64,000 nt of DNA. It comes from Stegostoma tigrinum (lineage: Eukaryota). Position numbers and translations under genes: made by a program. This document shows positions 1 through 14,175 of this stretch, piece by piece. Where the stretch lies: positions 23,865,899 through 23,929,898 of the forward strand of contig NC_081368.1 in assembly GCF_030684315.1 (NCBI RefSeq), read 5' to 3'. Below the pieces are notes generated by a model that saw nothing but the letters and a program-made list of their open reading frames with translations, made no database searches and was not told the DNA's origin. Position 1 is the stretch's first letter; every line of letters begins with the position of its first letter.

Positions 1-180
1 CATCCTGACTCAAATATATTTCCCTCCTTCCAGTGTCACTGGGTCAAAGGTCTGGAATTCCGTTCCTGAACAGCATCGAGGGAGTACCTACATGAAGACC
101 TACGTGAAATACACTACAGTAGTTTAGTAAGACAGCTCATCACCAACAGAATAGAAATAAATGGTGGCCCAACCACAAAA
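1..180 (+). mobile_element. 3' end of CR1/L2-group LINE (family X)
   Basis: gtcactgggtcaaag...ctggaattcc...gcagctca...aataaatg terminal block, also seen at ~3780-3950, 40920-41075 and 56900-57070. Confidence 0.7.
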
Positions 181-199
181 CTCAACAGTAACAACAACA

Positions 200-640
200 A
201 TGTTTACTAGACTGATTCCTGCAACAGAAGGAATGATATATAAAAAGAGAGACTGGATTAGTTAGGACTACCTCACTGGGGTGTAGAACAATGAGGGAAG
301 ATCTCAAAAAAACCATAAACTTCTAACCAAAAACGTTCCTAAAGGTTGGTGAGTCCAGAACCAGGCCTAAGACTATTTAGTTGTGTAAGAGAAATTTATT
401 CACCCAGGGTGGCAAGTCTGTAGAATTTTCTGTCACAGAAAGTGGTCAAGGCTAAAACACTGAAAGATTTCAAGGAGTTAGATATACTTCTGAGAACTAA
501 AAGGATCAAGTGTATGGGGAGAAAGCAGGAACAGGGCGCCGAGTTGGATGCCCAGCTATGATCATATTGAATGGTGGGGCAGGCTCAAAAAGGGAAAATA
601 GAAAGCAGGAGCAGGATTTGGTTATGTTTCTGAGTTTACC
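200..640 (+). mobile_element. CR1 LINE 3' fragment
   Basis: Degenerate CR1 RT C-terminus and 3' UTR (gatcatattgaatggtggggcaggctc), similar to other CR1 ends in the window. Confidence 0.7.
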
Positions 641-1309
641 TATGATTCCACCCTGATTCCACTTTTGCTAGGGAGCTTTGATGTCACAGTCAAATTCTGC
701 CTCAGTGTCAAAAGGCAGCCACCCTCACCTTACACAAGTACTCAGTTCTTTTGTCCATGTCTGGAACACTTATAATAATCTGATTGGCCAGTATGGAACC
801 CAAATGCAGTAGTGTGCAGGTTATTGCTGAGCAGTGTCACTGCACAGCACTACCAAATGAAACTTCTTTCACTTCAATGGCAGATAGGGTGCTAATTGGC
901 CAGATTAAAAATCCCCAACCAGGGCAGATTTAAGTAGTGACCCCTAGTTTTAGATTGTCTGTAAGAGAGAACATATTGTTGACATTAACCTGCCAAGATG
1001 CCTCAGGATCTTGTGTTTCAATTAAGTCACATCTCACCTGTTCAAAACTGCAGAGCACACAAGTCTAAAATATCGAATCCTTTTTCCCCCTGCCTCAGAA
1101 CAATCCATTTAGCCTAGGTATTAAATTGGGCATTAAGCCGATGAACTATTTCCAAAACATTTATACTATTTCTTAAGTAAGGTGAGCAGTAACGTGCATA
1201 AAAAGACACTCTCAGTGTCCTACACGAAGCATGACCTCCCCACTTTTGTATTAAACTCTACTGGTGATAATATTCCGTTACCTCTCCTAATTACATACTT
1301 TTGTAATCA

Positions 1310-3950
1310 TTGTGGTGAGGCTTTGGTATTGCTACTGATCTAGCAATCCAGAGACTCCGATGCAAATTCCATCATGGGAAATGGCAGAATTTAAATTATC
1401 TGTAATTTAATTGTGGCTGTGAAACCACTTGACTATCACAAAACAGATTTTTGGTTCATTAATGACCTTTAGAGAAGGAGAACTGGTGTCCCTGTCTGTT
1501 CCGGAACACCCGACTCCTGACCCACAGTAATGTAGTTGACTTTTAATTACCACTTGCAATGGTCTAGCAACATCAAAATCAAACTCAGTTGTAATAAACG
1601 CTATTAGTAGGGCTATCTCAGAAGCAGTGGTGGTACAGTGAATATACGGTGGGGGTGGGGGGGGGGGGGGGGGGGGGTGGGAGGGAGGGAGGGAGAGAAG
1701 AGAGAGGGGAGGGGAGAGCGTGCGAGAGCGTGCCAGAGAGAGAGATTGAAACCTAATGGAATCAGGTCAAACATGGGCAAGGGAACCTCCTTACTACATC
1801 ATTCTGTGCTTCCCCTTCTTCACTCAAATCAGCTGATGAGTCAGGGCTACTTCACGTTGAACTGCACTGGAGGAAGTACAAGAGGGTGGCAAGGGTGGAG
1901 GACAAATGTCCAGCACTAAACAGTAGCTGGACAGCAGCACTGACTGACTGAGCTGGTAGACTGGGTCTGTGGCAGGCAGCGAGCAATCCAGTAGGAGGGG
2001 GAAAAGCATATTTGACCTCATCCTCACCAACCTGCCAACCCAGATACATCTGCCCGTGACTACATCAGCAATAGTGATCTTTGGACAGTTCTTGTGGAGA
2101 CCAAGTGCCTTTGTCACATTGCTTGTAATACCACTGTGCTCCACAGAATAACTTTGAACAGATCTAGCAACAGAAGACTGGGCATCCATGAGGCACCAGC
2201 AGCAGAATTGGACTCAAACACAATCTGCAATCTTACGGACGAACATAACCCTCACTCTACAAATTAGCAGCAAACCAGGGGATCAATTCTGCTCCGAGGG
2301 GAGAGTGCCAACAGCAGCACCAGTTACTGGTGAAACCACAACTTGCAATATAAACAGCAAATGATAGACAGGGTTAAATCAGTTCCACAACCAACAGATC
2401 AGATACAAGCTCTGTAGTCCTACCACATCCAGCCACAAAATAGCGGTGGACAGTTTAAAACCCCATCCTTAAGGGAGCAGGAAACCTGACACGAGTAGAA
2501 AAGGGTTACGAGCAAAGCATTCCCAACAATGTTCAGGCTGAAGGTGCAAGTGAATGATGCAATTTTGCGTCCTCCAGAAGTCTCTGACCTCTCAGTTGCC
2601 AGCCTTCAGACAAGTGAATTCACATCTCTTGATATCAAGAAATAGCCAGAGGCACTGGATTTGGAACCCAACAACTTTCCAGCAACAGTGACAACAATGG
2701 CTTTACCCAAATGTACAAAATTACTCATATGTGAGGTACAGGAAAAAAAACAGGTCACATCCAACCTGGTCAATTATCACCCAATCCATCTGCTCTCAAC
2801 AGGAGTGCTAGGAAGCAGCACTTGCTTGGCAACAACTTGCTCACTGACTCAGTTATTGTTCCACCAAGGCTACTCGACTCCTGACGTCATTACAATCTGG
2901 GTTAAAAGTTAGATCATTTCCAGAAGCAAGAGGAAAATTACTGTCCTTGATAAGTGCGACAAAGAGACCTAGGAAAACACTCCTTTGGTTTGCGCCATCC
3001 CGGACATAAACGAAGATGGTTGTTGTTGCTGCAGGTCCTGAAATTGAGATGAATGACATCTGTGCAACAGTTCCTCAGGGAAGCATGCTGGGCCCAACTA
3101 TCTTAGTTGTTTCAAGACCACCATGAAGTTAGAAATGGGGGTGTTCGTTGATGATTGCACAAATGTTTTAGCACCACTGGCGGCGACTCAGATACTGAAG
3201 CAGTCTACATCCAAATGCAGTAGGATCTGGGTTGACAAGTGGCAATTAATCTCCACACCACATATCTGCTAGGGAATGATCAACAAGAATGAAACTACCA
3301 TGCTGAAATCACCCGCTATCAATATTCTGAGTGTTACCCTCGACCCGAAGCAGAATTGGATTAACTACACAAGTATTATAGTGACTGCAGTTCAAAGGTG
3401 ATTAATTCAGCAGTGAATAACTCACCGAGTCTCCAAAGCATGCTCACATTCCAGCAAGCACAAGTTAGAAATGTGATGGAACACTCCCCACTCTTCAGGA
3501 GGTCCAACAATACTCAAAGAGCTTGAGACCAAGCATGATAATTCCTTCTTCACGAGCATCAATCCACAAATATTCACTAGCTTTACCAATGTTGAGTAAT
3601 AGCATTGTGCAACATCTACAAGGTGTACTGCTGAAATATACCAAGACCACTTTGCATCTTCCAATTCCATAACCACTACAGCCAAGGACAAGGGCAGGAG
3701 ATAGATGGGAATACTCTCTCTCTTCAAGTATAACTCAAAGCCACTCACCATCTGACTTGGAAGTGAAATCACCATTCCTTCTCTGTCACTAGGTCAAAGT
3801 TTAGAACTCCCTCCTTAACAGGTATTGTGGATTCACCTATACCAAATGGACAGCAGCGGTTCAAGGTGGCCGGTCACCATCACTTTCCCAATGGCAAGTA
3901 CAGACAGAAATCCTGGCCAAGCCAGCAATGCCAACATCTCAACTGAATCG
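1310..3950 (+). mobile_element. Decayed CR1/L2-group LINE (family X) with SINE-like 5' head
   Basis: Endonuclease relic (RGKSIFDLILTNLP, ORF 1969-2151), RT relics (NYHPIHLLS, QGSMLGP, FVDD at ~3144) and the family 3' end at 3780-3950; many frameshifts. Confidence 0.75.
1648..1745 (+). repeat. Poly-G / (GGGA)n / (GA)n purine tract
   Basis: About 20 consecutive G followed by GGGA and GA repeats, read directly. Confidence 0.9.
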
Positions 3951-4179
3951 TGACAAGGCATTGGGGCATGCAGAGTTTTGTAATCTCGTACCATTCACAA
4001 AATATGCCTATTTGTTCTGGCTACCAAAATGGACAGTTTCACATTTTCCCCACATTATCCACTGAGCTCTCTCCTCAGTTTCCTTTACCTAATTACCAGT
4101 CGACATCATCCAATTTCAAAATTACACCTCCCACCTTTCATGCTATTAATTATGACATTTGGACTCGCAGTGAGGGAAC

Positions 4180-5490
4180 AAGCAGATGTGTACAGGACGT
4201 ACCCATGCAATGTTTCTGCACTGAAAGAGTAGTGGAATAGCTTGGCTTGGGAGCACAAGTCTTCAAAACTATGGCTGGAATATCATGGGGGCCTGTTGTC
4301 TTTGCGCTTTCCAGTACCTTTTGGCAATTCTTAATATCACAGTTATAACTGACTGCACACTAGCACAATGGCAACCTCAGGAAGAAAGGGATTAATCACT
4401 CACTCAGCACTTCCGGCTGGGGATGGCTGCAATTACTTCAGCTTTATTCGTGCTTTATTGTTGAGGATTGGGATATTTGTAGAGCTTCTTTGTGCTGTTT
4501 AATTCTCCATCACCATATGTGGTTGGTCGCAGGAAGACTACAGAGCTTAGATCTGCTCCATTGGTTGTGAAGTTACTTAGATGCGTCTATACCGTGGCAC
4601 TTCCATTGGTTCGGATGCAAGATGACATCTTATTTCAGCATGCCTGGTGCTACCCCTGAGAAAGCCTAGCGCTCAGCTAAGGCTGAGTCCACAGCTTGGT
4701 TGTAACAGTAAAGTGGGGAATAAGCCGCTAACAGGAGGTTAGAGATTTTGATGGAATACACTTCTGATGAGCCATATCAACTCACGAATGCCCAGTTTTG
4801 ATTTGCTGGATTCACTTCAAATCTCTATTTAAAACTGTGATAGTGCCAAATAAAAGGATGGAGGGTATTCTCAATATGAAGATGGTACTTCTCCTCCATA
4901 ATGATTGTTATCACGGTACCTACCACAGTCTTACATGGATTTATACATTTTCAGCATGTAGATTAATGAGGACAAAGTCAATAAACTTTTTAATCTTTTG
5001 TCAGTTCCATCATTTTCCGTCACAAACCCGATCTAACAGCTGTGTTCTTAAAGGTTTGGACAGCTCAGTAACATATAGACATTGTACTGTGGTTGGGGGA
5101 CTTCATTCTGTTCCAAATGTACCCTCACTGCTGCTTCCAAGTGCTGTTGAACATTCATTGCCCAAGAGTGATAATCAGAAATGGATTCCTTCCTCCAAGT
5201 TTGAGCTGATGCCAAGAGTTTTCAGTGCCAGAAACAAAGTTGACCTCTTCGTCAGCAACGCTCGTGACGGTAGACGACCATGCTGCCACACATCCAGGGA
5301 CTATGGCATTTGACACTGTCTGTGAGGTTCAATTCATTGACTGACTGTCAGCTTGTTGCTTGATTAGTCAACGCGCAGACCTATGTCAGTAACGATGGCT
5401 TTGCAGGACAGATGGGGCTGGATGTGCCATTGTTGTTTTCTCTGCCTAAGTCAATGCAGGGTAGTTCACCCAATGTCGTGCCTTGTCTTT
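4180..5490 (-). mobile_element. Family X LINE fragment (antisense)
   Basis: Reverse-complement similarity to 1900-2700 (e.g. gattaatgaggacaaagtcaa vs ttgacctcatcctcaccaacc; cagagcttagatctgctccattgg). Confidence 0.65.
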
Positions 5491-5669
5491 TCTGAAGAGG
5501 TTTGAACAGTTTTAAAAGCATAAACAGAAAATGCATTAGAATATTACCTTTACATGGAACAATAGAATCAAAAAACTGCAAACCCAGAGAGAGCTATTGA
5601 CTATCCTCAAGTCATTAAGTATTGTGAAACATTCCAGCAAGTTTTCACACACAGTGCAAGTTCTGAAAA

Positions 5670-7875
5670 ACCAAAGTATCCTTGACCTCTTCATCTCTAA
5701 TTGTCATCGAAACATCTATCACCTCAACCTCTCCACCCCTCTCACCCACACAACGTGCAGCCCTCTGCTCCAATCCTGACCTCACCATAACACCTGCAGA
5801 CAAGGAAGGTGCAGTTGTAGTATGGCATACTGACCTCTGCATCACTGAGGCCCGGTGCCAACTCTCCAACACTACCTCCTACCACCCCTTGGATCATGAC
5901 CCCACCCCCAAGCAACAAACCATCAACTCCCAAACCATCCACAACCTCCTCACCTCAGGTGACCTCCCACCCACAACCTCCAACCTCACCTGTCCCCCAA
6001 CTCTGCACTGCCCGCTTCTACCTCCTTCCCAAAATCCACAAACCTGGCTGCCCTGGTCAACCCACGTGTCCGCCTGCGAACTTATCCCCACCCATCTGGA
6101 TTCCATGTTCTCCCCCTTGGTCCAGGAACTCCCTAGCTACGTCCATGACACCATTCACGCGCTCCATCTCCTCCAGAACTTACAATGCCCCAGTCTCCAA
6201 CATCTCATTTTCTCAATGGATGTCCAGTCCCTTATACATATGCGCAGATGGCCTAAAAGCCCTCAGTTTCCTCCTGACGCGCATGCCTGAGCAGTCCCCA
6301 TCCACTGACACCCACATCCGCTTATCCAAACTCATTCTCACTCTCAACAACTTCTCCGTTAATTCCTCCCAGTTCTGACAGACAAAGTGGGTGGCCATGG
6401 GTACCCGTATGGGCCCAAGCTATGCCTGCCTCTTTGTAGGGTACGTGGAACAATCCTTATTCCAAAGCTACACTGGCCCTATCCCCCATCTCTTCCTCCG
6501 TTACATTGATGACTGTTTCGGCACCATCTCGTGGTCCCGAGGAGCTCGAACAGTTCATCCACTTCACTAACACCTTCCACCCCAACCTTAAGTTTACCTG
6601 GACCATCTCTGACACCTCTCTCTCCTTCCTGCACCTGGAAACCGATATCTATTTTAAGCCTACTGACTCCCACAACTACCTCAAATATTCCTCGTCTCAC
6701 CCACCTTCCTGTAAAAAAGCCATCCCCTATTCCCAATTCCTTCGCCTCTGCTCCCAAGATGAGGCATTCACTCCTGAACATCCCAGATGTCCTTTTTATC
6801 CCCCTCAAGAACCACAACTTCCCCTCCACAGTGATCCAAAATGCCCTCGACAGCATCTCCCTCAACTCATCCCTCACACCCCCTATCCACAATAATAACC
6901 AAAACAGAATCCCCCTCGTCCTCATGTACCACCCCACCAACCTCCAAATCCAACGCATCATCCTTCGACACTTCAGCCATCTGCAATCTGACCGCACTAC
7001 CAAATACATTTTTCTCTCCCCACCCTTGTGCGCCCTCCAGAGAGACCACTCTCTCCATGACTCCATTGTCCGCCCCACACTCCCTCCAGTCCCACAACCG
7101 CCGGCACTTTACCCTGCAACCACAGGAAGTGCTACACTGTCCCCATACTTCCCCTCTCACCCCCACAGGCCCTAAGATGACTTTTCACAAACAGATGTTC
7201 ACCTGCACATCTGCTAATGTGATATACTGTATCCACTGTTCCCGTTGTGGCCTCCTCTACATCGGGGAGACCAAGCAAAGGCTTGGGGACTGCTTTGCAG
7301 AGCACCTGCACTCAGTTCGCAACAAACAACTGCACCTCCCAGTCATGAACCATTTCGACTCTACCCTTCCCCCATCCCCCAAACCACTCAGACGACATGT
7401 CCATCCTGGACCTCCTGCATTGTCACAATAACGCCACCCGAAAGATGCAGGAACAGCATCTCATATTCCGCTTGGGAACCCTGCGGCCCAAGGGTATCAA
7501 TGTGGACTTCACGAGCTTCAAAATCTCCCCTCCCCCAACCACATCCCAAAACCAGCCCTGCTAGTCCCCGCCTCCCTAACCATTCCTCCCATCTCCTATG
7601 CATGAACCTTATCCCACTTCCTTGACCTGTCCGTCCTCCCGGGACTGACCTATCCCCTCCCTAATTCCCCACCTACATTGACCTTCACTGGCTCTAACCC
7701 CACCTCTTTGACCTGTCTGTCTCCTCTCAGCCCATTTTCTCCTTCATCCATCTTCTATCCCTCTCCCTGTTATTTCAGAATCCCCTTCCTCTCCCCCAAT
7801 TCTGAAGGATCTCAGCCCGAAATGTCAAACTTTCCTGCTCAGCCTTCTGTGTTCATCCAGCTTCACACTATAAGT
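5670..7875 (+). mobile_element. Penelope-like retroelement family A (RT + GIY-YIG), frameshifted
   Basis: Motifs ITPADKEGAVVVW, ARFYLLPKIHKPGCPG, MDVQSL, LTLNNFS, AMGTRMGPSYACLFVG, RYIDD (6499-6513) and GIY-YIG ANVIYCIHCSRCGLLYIGETKQRLGDCFAEH, split across frames; C-rich 3' region and degenerate hammerhead at ~7802-7826. Confidence 0.92.
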
Positions 7876-9349
7876 AGGTAGTGCTTCAGAACTTACATTA
7901 AGCTTGATATAGAGATTCAAAAGCCTGGTGAAGGAATCACAAAAAAGTATGTACAAAAAAAAAAATTTCTGTACCATGATTGAGATCTTCCAATCAGGAT
8001 TAGAAGCCCTAGAGACCAATCCAGGAGTGCGCGCAATCAGCACAGGAGTGGTGAAGTTTGGAAAGCAGCAGTAAATGGCTGTACCAAATATCATTTTAAA
8101 AAGCTCCTGCAGCCACTTTGGCAGCTAAGGAAAAATTATGTAAGATACCTGCCACCTTAACCGACAGTTAAGTACTTACCTGGTGCTTGAAATTTGGAAG
8201 ACTGTGGATGTGAAGGTGGCGCTGTTAGCAGTTCAATAGTGAATTGGGAAGGCTCAGTTTAACACTATTTTTAATCCTTTAACATTTCCTGGGCAACAAT
8301 TAAACGAACGGAAATAAAACCTCCATTTAACTCTAAATTGGGATCCATTTTTTGGACAGTTCCAGATGCTGGATAATCACCCCCAAGAACTTTCAACTTC
8401 CTGGGCAATTCTCAAAGTCAACTGCCTAGTCCAGGCACACAACTTCAGCCTACTGTATAGAAACAATTCCCTGGACATCAGAATTTCTAGGTCCAAGTAT
8501 CTGTCACAACTCATGAGAAACACTGAAAAGAACAGAAAACTCCAGACATTTTAAATATGGAAACTTGTAAAAGGTGCACCCCATGGTCCATTTACATTAA
8601 ACATGGTTAATTTTAAAGGGTCTCTATGACTTGCTAATATGCAGTATTGGAAACTCACTATGGTGACTAATTTAACCTGGTGATATGGACAGTCTCCAGC
8701 ATGCTTTTTTAAAACCAATGGCTATCAAAAATTGAGTTTCTATGCTTGAAATCCTTTGATCTTTGCTTTGGTTGATTTCTGGTGAACAGCACTGTAAATA
8801 TCAGTATAAAAAAGGTAGTGGGAACTCCAGGCCAGGATGTTTAACACTCTGGTATTTATACACCTTTACAGAGAATCTAGTAGTAAATCTTGCAAAGTGC
8901 TATGCAATGTCTGCTTGATGTGCACAAATTTTTGAATAAATTTGGATACCCTAATTTACAAGTTAAAAGGAACAATACATAGGTTAAGCTGCTGAGTTTC
9001 CCCCCCTGACCCACTTGAAGTACCAACATTTAATGCTCCCAAAGTATTCAAAGAATTAACAGATCATGACAGATGAGAATGTTTTATTACCAGAATACTA
9101 ACTTTAGTATAATTATTAAATCAGTAAAAATCCTGATTACTAATACCTTGAGAAAGCGAAAACATTTTCAAAGCTAGTTATACCACTACCTGCATTTGCA
9201 GATTCAATCAACTAATTACAATTCAAAGCCTATGATCTAGGCCACCTTGCAGAATTTTCAAGTTCCAACAATACTGAAGTAAGTCATTTTGTCAAAGTCT
9301 TTTTTTGCCTTTCAATCTTCAGGACAATTGCCCAAGTTAAGCTTGTGAA

Positions 9350-11755
9350 TCAGGATATAGTCTAACAGGTTTATTTGAAATCACAAGCTTACAGAGCATA
9401 GCCACTTCATCAAATGACATGAAAGAGAAGCACATAAACACAAGAATTTTTCAGCGGAGAAATCAAAAGATCGTATAAATGGTGAGTGTGTTGTGGAATA
9501 GTAAGTCTCTGCAGGTGATCAAAAGTGTCAGGCGGAGAGGGTAAAGCGTCAACAGCTGAACAACAAGTGAAGGGATGACCTATGATCTGGTTAAATGAGA
9601 CAAGGGAGATAGAAAAAATTTCAAAAATACGGTGATGATCAAGACTAACCAAATGCCTGGAATAACAACTTACCCTGAAACCAGCACCACTGTAGGAAAT
9701 CCATCAACTTGTCTGACCATACCCTTTGATGTGATAAAAATTGAAGTTCTCAGCCAAGTGCTCAATTTCTGCCCCACTATCAAAATGGACCCCATTGGTC
9801 TCCAGCAGATACAGAGGAATTCACCTGGTGAATGAGGTTCCGGGAATTCTTCCACAAACCCTAAGCGAACCCAATGAGACAAACAAACAAATCGGCACAG
9901 TCAGAGAGATTCGTACTGCAGCAACCAAAGAAGACAGTGTCAAACTGGACCCTTCCAGAAGGCAGTTGCCCTAGGCTCAACATATATGCTCAAGCTGTCA
10001 GATGTGTCAATGCCAGATTCATCAGCCACACCCAGGAGATTGTGCTTGGGTGACGTTCTTGCACTATGCAACGTTATTCATGCTCAAGACCGATTGCAAC
10101 ATTATCAAACCAAAAGGAGAAGCCATTATCATACAGAAGAAAACAGGCTGGTGCAAAGGTGCAAACCAACTGAACAACCAGGAACACTACAACTACCTGC
10201 CAATTCAACCAAACAAGACATGTCAACTGAACAGACTGATCAAGTCCTTTGATCCAGGCCTTCAGAATATCCTAGGAACTCTCATCCTGCATACTACTTG
10301 CACAGGAGGCTCCCACTGTCTTCAGAAGATACACGAAGCCACTATACCTGGACGTCCCATCATAACAGGCAATGGGACCCAAGGAGAGACTTCTCTGGCT
10401 ATGGCAAGGGCATCTTGAAACCTACTGTCAAGGAATCCCCAGCTTTTATCACAACACTACAGGTTTGTTACTGAAACTTAGCACCCATAGATCAGTCTCA
10501 CCAGGATCATCCATATGCCTCCACTTCTTGCCTTTAAACAATCACAAAACCTTAACTAGGCCACCTAGCCTTCAGGACAACAAAATCGGCCACAACATCA
10601 CACAACCCTGCTACAGCAGCCTCTGCAAGACATGCCACATTATGGACATGGAGATTACCATCACACATAAGAACATGACCAACCAGACATATGGCAAATA
10701 CCTGTGGCACTTGCTGATGCTGTCTATCTTATTCATTGCAGACCAGGATACCCCGGAGGCATGGTTAACTGGCAAGACCATGCAGACAGTGCAATAACAG
10801 CTGAATGGACACCGCACACTAATTGCCAGGCAGGAACGTTCCCTCCCAGTCAGTGAACACTTCAGCACAAGGACTTCAGCCTGTAATCTTCAGGTAAATG
10901 TCTTCCAAAGCAGCCTTCAGGATATATAACAATGCAGAATCACGGAGCAGAAACTGATAACTAAAGTTCCATATCCATGAAAATGGCCTCCACCATGATA
11001 CTGGGGTTCATGTCAAGCTACATGCAACCCCGCCAACGCTGTGCTGTATCTGCAAAATTTTCCTTACTGCCCTGTTTTGACTTCACCTTGATAAACTTAT
11101 GATTTCTCTACCTTAGTTTGTACAGTTTTTAAGATGACTTATTAACTTGGTTAGACCCTTGACATGCAACTCTTATACCTATCACGTCTCCAGCACCACC
11201 TTAATTTTTTGTAGGTATCTACTCAGTGGTTAGCACTACTGCCTCACAGCACCAAGGACGGAATCAAATCTGGGTCCTTGGCTGATTGCCCGTGTGGAGT
11301 TTGCACATTCGTCCTGTGTCTGCATGTGTCTCCTCCCACAGTCCAGAGATGGGCAGGCTAGGTGGATTGGCTATGCTAAACTGCCCATAATGCTCAGGGA
11401 TGAGTATATTAGGTGGGTTATAGGGTGATGGGATGCTCCAAAAGTCAGTGTGGACTTGAGACGAAGGGCCTGTTTCCACACCGTAGAGATTTTGAATCTC
11501 TCTACCTCATTTAATCAGATTATAGATCATCTCTTCGCTTGTTATTCAGCTGTTGACTCATACTGCCCAACACTTTTGATCATCTGCAGAGACTTATTAT
11601 TCAACATTCCACTCTCACTATTTGTATGATCTTTTGATCTCTCTAACTATAAATTCTGTGTCTGTGTGCTTCAGTCTCCCTTCACCTGACAAAGGGGCTA
11701 TGCTCTGAAAGCCTGCGATTTCAAATGAACCTGCTGAACTATAATCTGGTGTCGA
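9350..11755 (+). mobile_element. Penelope-like element family C with inverted 5' terminal copy
   Basis: Relics EVLSQVLNFCPT, QLNNQEHY, QKIHEATIPGRPIITGNGT, QPCYSSLCKTC, WLTGKTMQ, SLPVSEHFS; 9350-9660 is the reverse complement of ~11170-11755; large internal RT deletion. Confidence 0.82.
11222..11495 (+). mobile_element. HE1-like V-SINE inserted in the PLE terminal repeat
   Basis: ctcagtggttagcact head, tgtggagtttgcacatt V-domain, gggcctgtttccacac tail. Confidence 0.85.
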
Positions 11756-11954
11756 TTGGTACTGGAACTCAGGGAAATACGAGCAGATGGAAAAGAGGTG
11801 ATGATCAGACTGAACAAAATCCAGAAAAACTTTTAAAGGTGAAATAGCTGGTTGCTTCAAAAAGTATGAAAATAGAGTTGGCTAGAGGATAAGTGTAAAT
11901 AACTAGCCGTATGGAGAAAACATTTGTACTTAACTATTGTGTCAATATCTTCTA

Positions 11955-12100
11955 TTAGGTACAGTTGGCTGTACATCTCATTTGTGATGCAGGGTGACGC
12001 CAAAAGTGCGGTTTCAATTCCTGAACTGGCTGAGGTTACTATGAAGGACTGTAATCACCAACTTTTCGCTTCACAGTGAGCCACCACCATTGTTCTACTG
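11955..12100 (+). mobile_element. tRNA-derived SINE (other family), degenerate
   Basis: A-box-like ggtacagttgg and B-box-like gtttcaattcc about 55 nt apart. Confidence 0.5.
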
Positions 12101-12309
12101 CAATACTCAAATGATTCTTCTAAAGATGGGAATTAAGAGAAAGTTTCTCAGACTTTAAAGCTGCACATTGCGCTGTGTTGGATTTTTTTTAAATTAAGAA
12201 TTCACAGTATGTGGTTTTCACAGGTAATACCAACATAGACAACAGGCTTAGATACAGGATCTGGATCGCTGCAGGCTTAGAGGGCTGAAGAGCCTGTTCT
12301 TGTGCTGTA

Positions 12310-13250
12310 ATTTTCTTTGTATTTACTGCCATGAGTAGGCAGCAACAAGTTACCTTCTTGAACTGTCACAGATTGTAAAGATACATTTATAATGCTGTCA
12401 GGAAGGAACCTGCAGTACATTTGCAGTTACATTGTCCCAAATTGGAAATATGTGCACTTTTAGATACAGGTGATGCTGCATGCACAGATGCTAGAGATCA
12501 CGGTGCTTTTTAAGAGATGGGGAGGAGCCTTCACGAGCCTACATTGTGTCTTGCATATGGTAAGCAATAGAACCACACTGTGCTAGCAGTTAATTCTGTG
12601 CAAGTTTAGGGCAAGAACAGGATGCTGACAGTTTGCTCTCCATCATACTGAGCTGTATGTGATGTACAGATTTTGGGAGGGTAGTAAGTGAACAATACAT
12701 TGAAGAATGCCCAAGTCTGGCCTGCTCACGTAGTATTGTACAGTTGGCCCAGTTAAGCTTCAAGTGAATTGTGGCATCACAGCATCCTTGGACATTGTCA
12801 AATCAGGTGTTTAATAATATTCAATATTCTGGGAAGATGACAAGACTCCCACTTGTTGGAGATGATCACTGCTGTTCAGTAATGCAGCATGTCCCTTATC
12901 GACCTACCCTGAACATTGCTCAGGACAGTATAAAATTTTAAAAACTGACTTCTTCAAATACATCGTGACACACCTCTGGAGCAGGTGGGGCTTGGGCCTA
13001 GACTTTGTGTCCCAAAGATAAGGACATTATCATTGCCAAAGACCCCAAGATCTTTTGAATGCAGACACACTTCATAATCTGAAGAGCTGCAATGGAAGAG
13101 AACATTATTCAATCATCAGTAGACACTTCTAAGCTCATGACTGATGAAGCAGCAGCAGATGGTTGGGTCCTGAATGTTTTCCAGCATAAATGCCCAGAGG
13201 TTGAGGTGGCTTGTGTCCAACCATAATTCTCATCAGCCCTTGTAGTAGAT
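12310..13250 (-). mobile_element. Family X LINE fragment (antisense)
   Basis: Reverse complement of the family X 3' end and RT region (ccttcttgaactg, gatggttgggtcc...cccagagg). Confidence 0.6.
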
Positions 13251-14089
13251 CTAGCTCCACCTGTTGACTTCAACTTTATGACATTCACAAAAAATTAGCA
13301 CTTGATAGAATAACATTTCTGATGAATTCAAGTGGCTGATTGTGAGAACACACAAGAAAGCAAAGAATAGCAGGATGGGCAGTTGCAGTACAACATGAAA
13401 TACTGTAACGCACTCTAAAAGAGCACAGAATGGAAATACAGAGTAAACAGTACGTTTTCCAGTGGATATCATAGACTTAGTAAACAGTTTAGTAAAATAT
13501 TAGTGTCAGTGAGAGCACCAGAAAAGACTTACCAAATGTTTAGTTTCATATCTTGGCATTGTGCTCAGTTCAAAGCTATATAAAGAAATCTAGTATGATT
13601 GCAACTGGCTATCTTCTACAGAATTTTAGGCACTCATGAAAATTGATGTAGACATTTTACAAAGCCAAAGGCAAATTACTTTTGCCAATTTTCATAAGAT
13701 ATTACAAGGATGATAATGGAGAATTGCAAACTTACAATTTGGCCCTCTGTTGGAGCATTGAAGGTTGATGAGTGACCTAATGGAGATAGAGTTAGTGACA
13801 AAGTAACCTAAAGTAAATCATGGTAGATTTTCTACTTGTTAGTGAAACAGTAACAAGGAGACTTGTAAGATCACAAGAATTAAGGGTTAGAAAAGGTGTA
13901 AACTCCCTACTGACCGAAAACAAATTTGTAATTTCTTTTTTGTAACAGGTAAGGAATACATGCCCAGAAAAAGTGCAAAGACATGCAGAAGTGGAAACAA
14001 ATGCTACAAATCTTTATAAGTAACTTCTGGTGTTGAAAGATTTTAAAAGGAGGTCAAGTTAATGAATTACTATTAATGAATTGTGCAGG

Positions 14090-14175
14090 TGAGAGTCTGG
14101 GGTGGTGTGCTCTTCAGAAGGCTGGTGTGGACTTGACAGGCCAAATGGCCTGCTTCTACACTGTAGGGATTTTAC
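14090..14175 (+). mobile_element. V-SINE 3' fragment
   Basis: gtgtggacttg...ggccaaatggcctgcttctacactgtagggatt tail. Confidence 0.7.

Noticed and set aside
4798-5313. 171-aa plus-strand ORF
   Set aside because: Lies on the antisense strand of a decayed LINE; no protein motif.
8173-8260. Strong minus-strand donor CAG/GTAAGTA within the intron
   Set aside because: No AMMECR1-like peptide or clear acceptor; such motifs occur by chance or in repeats.
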